Shown: piece by piece, positions 61,156-64,000 of the stretch
Layout: the number at the start of each line of letters is the position of its first letter
Numbering within the stretch: position 1 is the first letter of the stretch
Assembly: GCA_027484965.1 (NCBI GenBank)
Contig: JAIXRY010000015.1
Coordinates: 91,807 to 155,806, forward strand
Length of the DNA: 64,000 nt
Origin: a bacterium
GTDB lineage: Bacteria > Patescibacteriota > Minisyncoccia > Phycocordibacterales > UBA9973
Reading direction: 5' to 3'
Made by a program: the position numbers and the translations under genes
Notes under the pieces: generated by a model
Database searches by the model: none
The model's input: the letters and a program-made list of their open reading frames with translations, nothing else
What the model was told of the DNA's origin: nothing

Positions 61156-62860
61156 AATCAAAAACAACTCCAGAACAAATTTTCTATCCTATGGAATTGT
61201 TCTCATAGGCTTCCTTATTGTAGTGAGGCTTTTTTCTTTGCAGATAATACATAAGTCTGATTATGCTGATAAGGCTGATAGGCAATATACAACCCCTAAA
61301 GGTTCTATTTTTGATAGAGGAACAATATTCTTTACCAAAAAAGATGGAAGTCTCGTATCTGCAGGAACTGTTATGACGGGTTTTAAAGTTGCAATAAATC
61401 CAAAACAAATCGTTGAACCAGAAAAAACTTATGAAGTCATTAATGCTATTACTCCTATAGATAAAAAAGATTTTATAGACAGAACAAAAAAGAAAAATGA
61501 TCCATACGAAGAAATAAAAGTACATCTCACAAAAGAGGTGGCTGATAGAATAGACTCACTAAAAATAACAGGAGTCTCTATTTATCAAGATAAGTGGCGT
61601 TTTTATCCCGGAGGAACGCTCGCATCCCACGTGATAGGTTTTGTTTCTTTTAAGGGAGACGATCTTCTTGGGAGATATGGAATAGAAAGATCCTATAACG
61701 ACACACTTTCTCGTGGCAAAAAAGATCCTTATATAAATTTCTTTGCTGAAGTTTTCTCTAACATTAGAGAAACTCTGTTTAGTCGTGATGATATTGAAGG
61801 TGATATTGTGATGAGTATTGAACCAACAGTCCAAGCGTATGCAGAAAAAAGTTTGCAAAATTTGAATACAAAATGGAGTCCAGATAGTGCTGGTATTATA
61901 ATCCTTAATCCTAATACTGGGTCTATTTATGCGATGGCTGCAACTCCAGATTTTAATCCTAATGAATTTAACAAATTAAAAACAGGATTTTCTTTTTCAA
62001 ATCCTCTTGTAGAAAGTGTTATAGAAATGGGGTCTGTAATCAAACCTTTAGTTATCGCTGCTGGTCTTGATACTGGTGTTGTAACAGCTACTACGACTTA
62101 TTTAGATACTGGTTCTGTGCGTGTTGCAGATAAGGTTATAAATAACTTTGATAAAAAAGGTAGAGGTACGGTAAATATACAAGAAGTTCTTAATCAGTCT
62201 CTTAATACAGGGATGGTGTTTGTTGAACAAAAATTAGGGAAACAAAAGTTTCGTGACTATATGCTCGGATACAAAATAGGTGAGAAAACTGGTATTGATT
62301 TACCGGGAGAGGTTTCTGGTATTGTTTCAAACTTGAAAGCTCCTGGAGATGTCGAATATGCTAATGCTGCTTTTGGACAAGGTATCGCGCTTACACCGGT
62401 AGCAGCAGCTCGCGCTTTCTCTGTTATTGCAAACGGTGGTAATCTCATAACTCCTCATATTGTTGATAGAATAAACTTTAATATGGATAAAGATAAGAAA
62501 GTTGGAGCAGAGCCCACTCCTCTAGGACTTCTAAAGCCAGAAACAACAAAAGAAATAACTCGTATGCTTGTTGATGTTGTAGATAATTATGGAAGTGGTT
62601 CTTATAAACTTGATCGCTATACAATTGCAGGTAAGACAGGAACAGCTCAAGTAGCTGATCTCAATAATGGAGGATATTACAAAGATCAGCATACTCACTC
62701 TTTCTTTGGATATTTCCCAGCATATCAGCCAAAGTTTTTAATTTATTTATACGTAAAAAATCCTAAAGGTGCTCAATTTGCATCACAATCCGTACTTCCT
62801 GTATTTATGGAAAATACAAAATTTCTTTTGAATTACTATGAAGTTCCTCCTGATAGATAA
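61142..62860 (+). CDS. ftsI: septal class B penicillin-binding protein
   Basis: dcw context; RFYP, GSVIK, SLN, GKTGTAQ. Confidence 0.85.
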   Translation: MNLSKIKNNSRTNFLSYGIVLIGFLIVVRLFSLQIIHKSDYADKADRQYTTPKGSIFDRGTIFFTKKDGSLVSAGTVMTGFKVAINPKQIVEPEKTYEVINAITPIDKKDFIDRTKKKNDPYEEIKVHLTKEVADRIDSLKITGVSIYQDKWRFYPGGTLASHVIGFVSFKGDDLLGRYGIERSYNDTLSRGKKDPYINFFAEVFSNIRETLFSRDDIEGDIVMSIEPTVQAYAEKSLQNLNTKWSPDSAGIIILNPNTGSIYAMAATPDFNPNEFNKLKTGFSFSNPLVESVIEMGSVIKPLVIAAGLDTGVVTATTTYLDTGSVRVADKVINNFDKKGRGTVNIQEVLNQSLNTGMVFVEQKLGKQKFRDYMLGYKIGEKTGIDLPGEVSGIVSNLKAPGDVEYANAAFGQGIALTPVAAARAFSVIANGGNLITPHIVDRINFNMDKDKKVGAEPTPLGLLKPETTKEITRMLVDVVDNYGSGSYKLDRYTIAGKTGTAQVADLNNGGYYKDQHTHSFFGYFPAYQPKFLIYLYVKNPKGAQFASQSVLPVFMENTKFLLNYYEVPPDR

Positions 62861-62884
62861 ATATTAATACATAAAACAAAATAA

Positions 62885-62925
62885 AAATACAAGAGCGGAA
62901 CCCTTCGGGTTCCGCTCTTGTATTT
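62885..62925 (+). terminator. terminator hairpin, 19-bp IR
   Basis: aaatacaagagcggaaccc-ttc-gggttccgctcttgtattt. Confidence 0.8.
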
Positions 62926-62977
62926 CTCTAACACTTTTCCCCACAAAAACCTATAAAATCTATACTATAATAAACAC

Positions 62978-64000
62978 ATGTTAAGTACTCTCAAGTACTT
63001 CTTGAGCCGAGCCTACACGATAGTATCTATCGTGCTTTTTGTACTATCTTACGGAGCTCTCAAAGTATCAGCTATATACTATCCTACAGATAATATAACA
63101 AACCCTACATGTGCACCAGGGGACTCTGGTTGTTATGTATCTTTACTTCCTGACCAAACATCTAATGCAGGGAAGTTTTTGACTACAAACGGCACTACTA
63201 CATCTTGGGCTACGGTGTCTGGTGGTATTTCAAGTTTCAACACTAGAACAGGTGCTATCACTTTAACATCTGGTGATGTAACTGGAGCTCTAGCGTACAC
63301 ACCTTTAAATAAAACTGGAGATACGATGACTGGAGACTTGAATTTGTTAAATATTCAAGCATCTACTTCTTCTGGAATTAATCTAAAAAATATCGGGGGT
63401 ACAACAATTTTTAATGTTGGGTCTGGTAGTGGAGTAAATGCAACAATCACTGCTCCATTAGCTTTAACGGGTGCTTTAACTCAAACAGGAAACGCAGACG
63501 CAGTTCAACTTCGCGTTCGAGGACACAGCACTCAAACTTCAGACTTGACTCAATGGGTGAATTCTTCTGGAACAGTTCTTAATTCAATCAGTGGAGCTGG
63601 TAACGCTGTTTTTGGGCCATCTATCGCACAAGTTCCAAAGGTAGGAATTAGTACAACTAACATCAATCAACCTCTTTTAGTTTTAAAAGCTCCTACTTCT
63701 TTCGCATCATTTTTATTTTTTGCTTTAGATTCTTCTGGGGTTCAAGTTGCTACTATTCATAATTCTGGTGAAAGTATTTTTAAATCTATTACAACAAGGA
63801 GTTCTTTAAACATTGAATCTACAGGAGATGCAACTATTTTTGTCGGTTCTCCAGACGGTGCTACATCTTCGATTGATTTTTTTTCAGATGGTAATGCAAA
63901 TTTTAAGGTTTTAGTAGAACCTTCAACAGATAATTTTATTATAAAGGATGAGGAGACTAATACTCCTTGGTTTAATATTGATAGAGCTAATCGTCGTGTT
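62978..64000 (+). CDS. secreted tail-fibre-like protein, partial; paralogue of 23644-27264
   Basis: Manual translation MLSTLKYFLSRAYT...LKVSAIYYPTDNITNPTCAPGDSGCYVSLLPDQ...LNKTGDTMTGDL..., open to window end. Confidence 0.85.
   Translation, partial: MLSTLKYFLSRAYTIVSIVLFVLSYGALKVSAIYYPTDNITNPTCAPGDSGCYVSLLPDQTSNAGKFLTTNGTTTSWATVSGGISSFNTRTGAITLTSGDVTGALAYTPLNKTGDTMTGDLNLLNIQASTSSGINLKNIGGTTIFNVGSGSGVNATITAPLALTGALTQTGNADAVQLRVRGHSTQTSDLTQWVNSSGTVLNSISGAGNAVFGPSIAQVPKVGISTTNINQPLLVLKAPTSFASFLFFALDSSGVQVATIHNSGESIFKSITTRSSLNIESTGDATIFVGSPDGATSSIDFFSDGNANFKVLVEPSTDNFIIKDEETNTPWFNIDRANRRV

Noticed and set aside
662-62448. Numerous 60-160-aa ORFs nested in or antisense to housekeeping genes
   Set aside because: Shadow frames of well-supported genes
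1-64000. Alternative genetic code (TGA=Gly, as in Gracilibacteria/Absconditabacteria)
   Set aside because: Conserved proteins are full length under code 11, with Gly encoded by GGN
23644-64000. Diversity-generating retroelement acting on the adhesins
   Set aside because: No reverse transcriptase and no adenine-specific TR/VR pair seen in this window

Overview
AT-rich bacterial chromosome segment, standard genetic code. The inferred source is Patescibacteria (CPR, Parcubacteria-like), based on compact housekeeping genes, a TrbC/VirB2-like pilin array, a short IF2 and few visible Shine-Dalgarno sites. Core genes include dnaE, rnhB, fmt/def, hisS, lepB, pth, rpsA, gyrA, rbfA/infB, a ClpB-like ATPase, topA, dprA, serS, dus, dnaX, mrdA, greA, lysS and mraZ-rsmH-ftsL-ftsI. 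There are also five tRNAs, a Fur-family metal locus, a two-component pair and two secreted tail-fibre-like adhesins with a shared N-terminus. The most striking unexplained signal is non-coding. Every tRNA is followed by rearranged copies of its own 3' end. After tRNA-Leu(TAG), -Lys and -Cys these tRNA-specific arms are interrupted at equivalent positions by shared, covarying hairpin cassettes (CTGC loop, TGTAA loop). A second covarying intergenic motif occurs at about 23.0 and 59.3 kb. All calls come from reading the sequence; no database searches were run.
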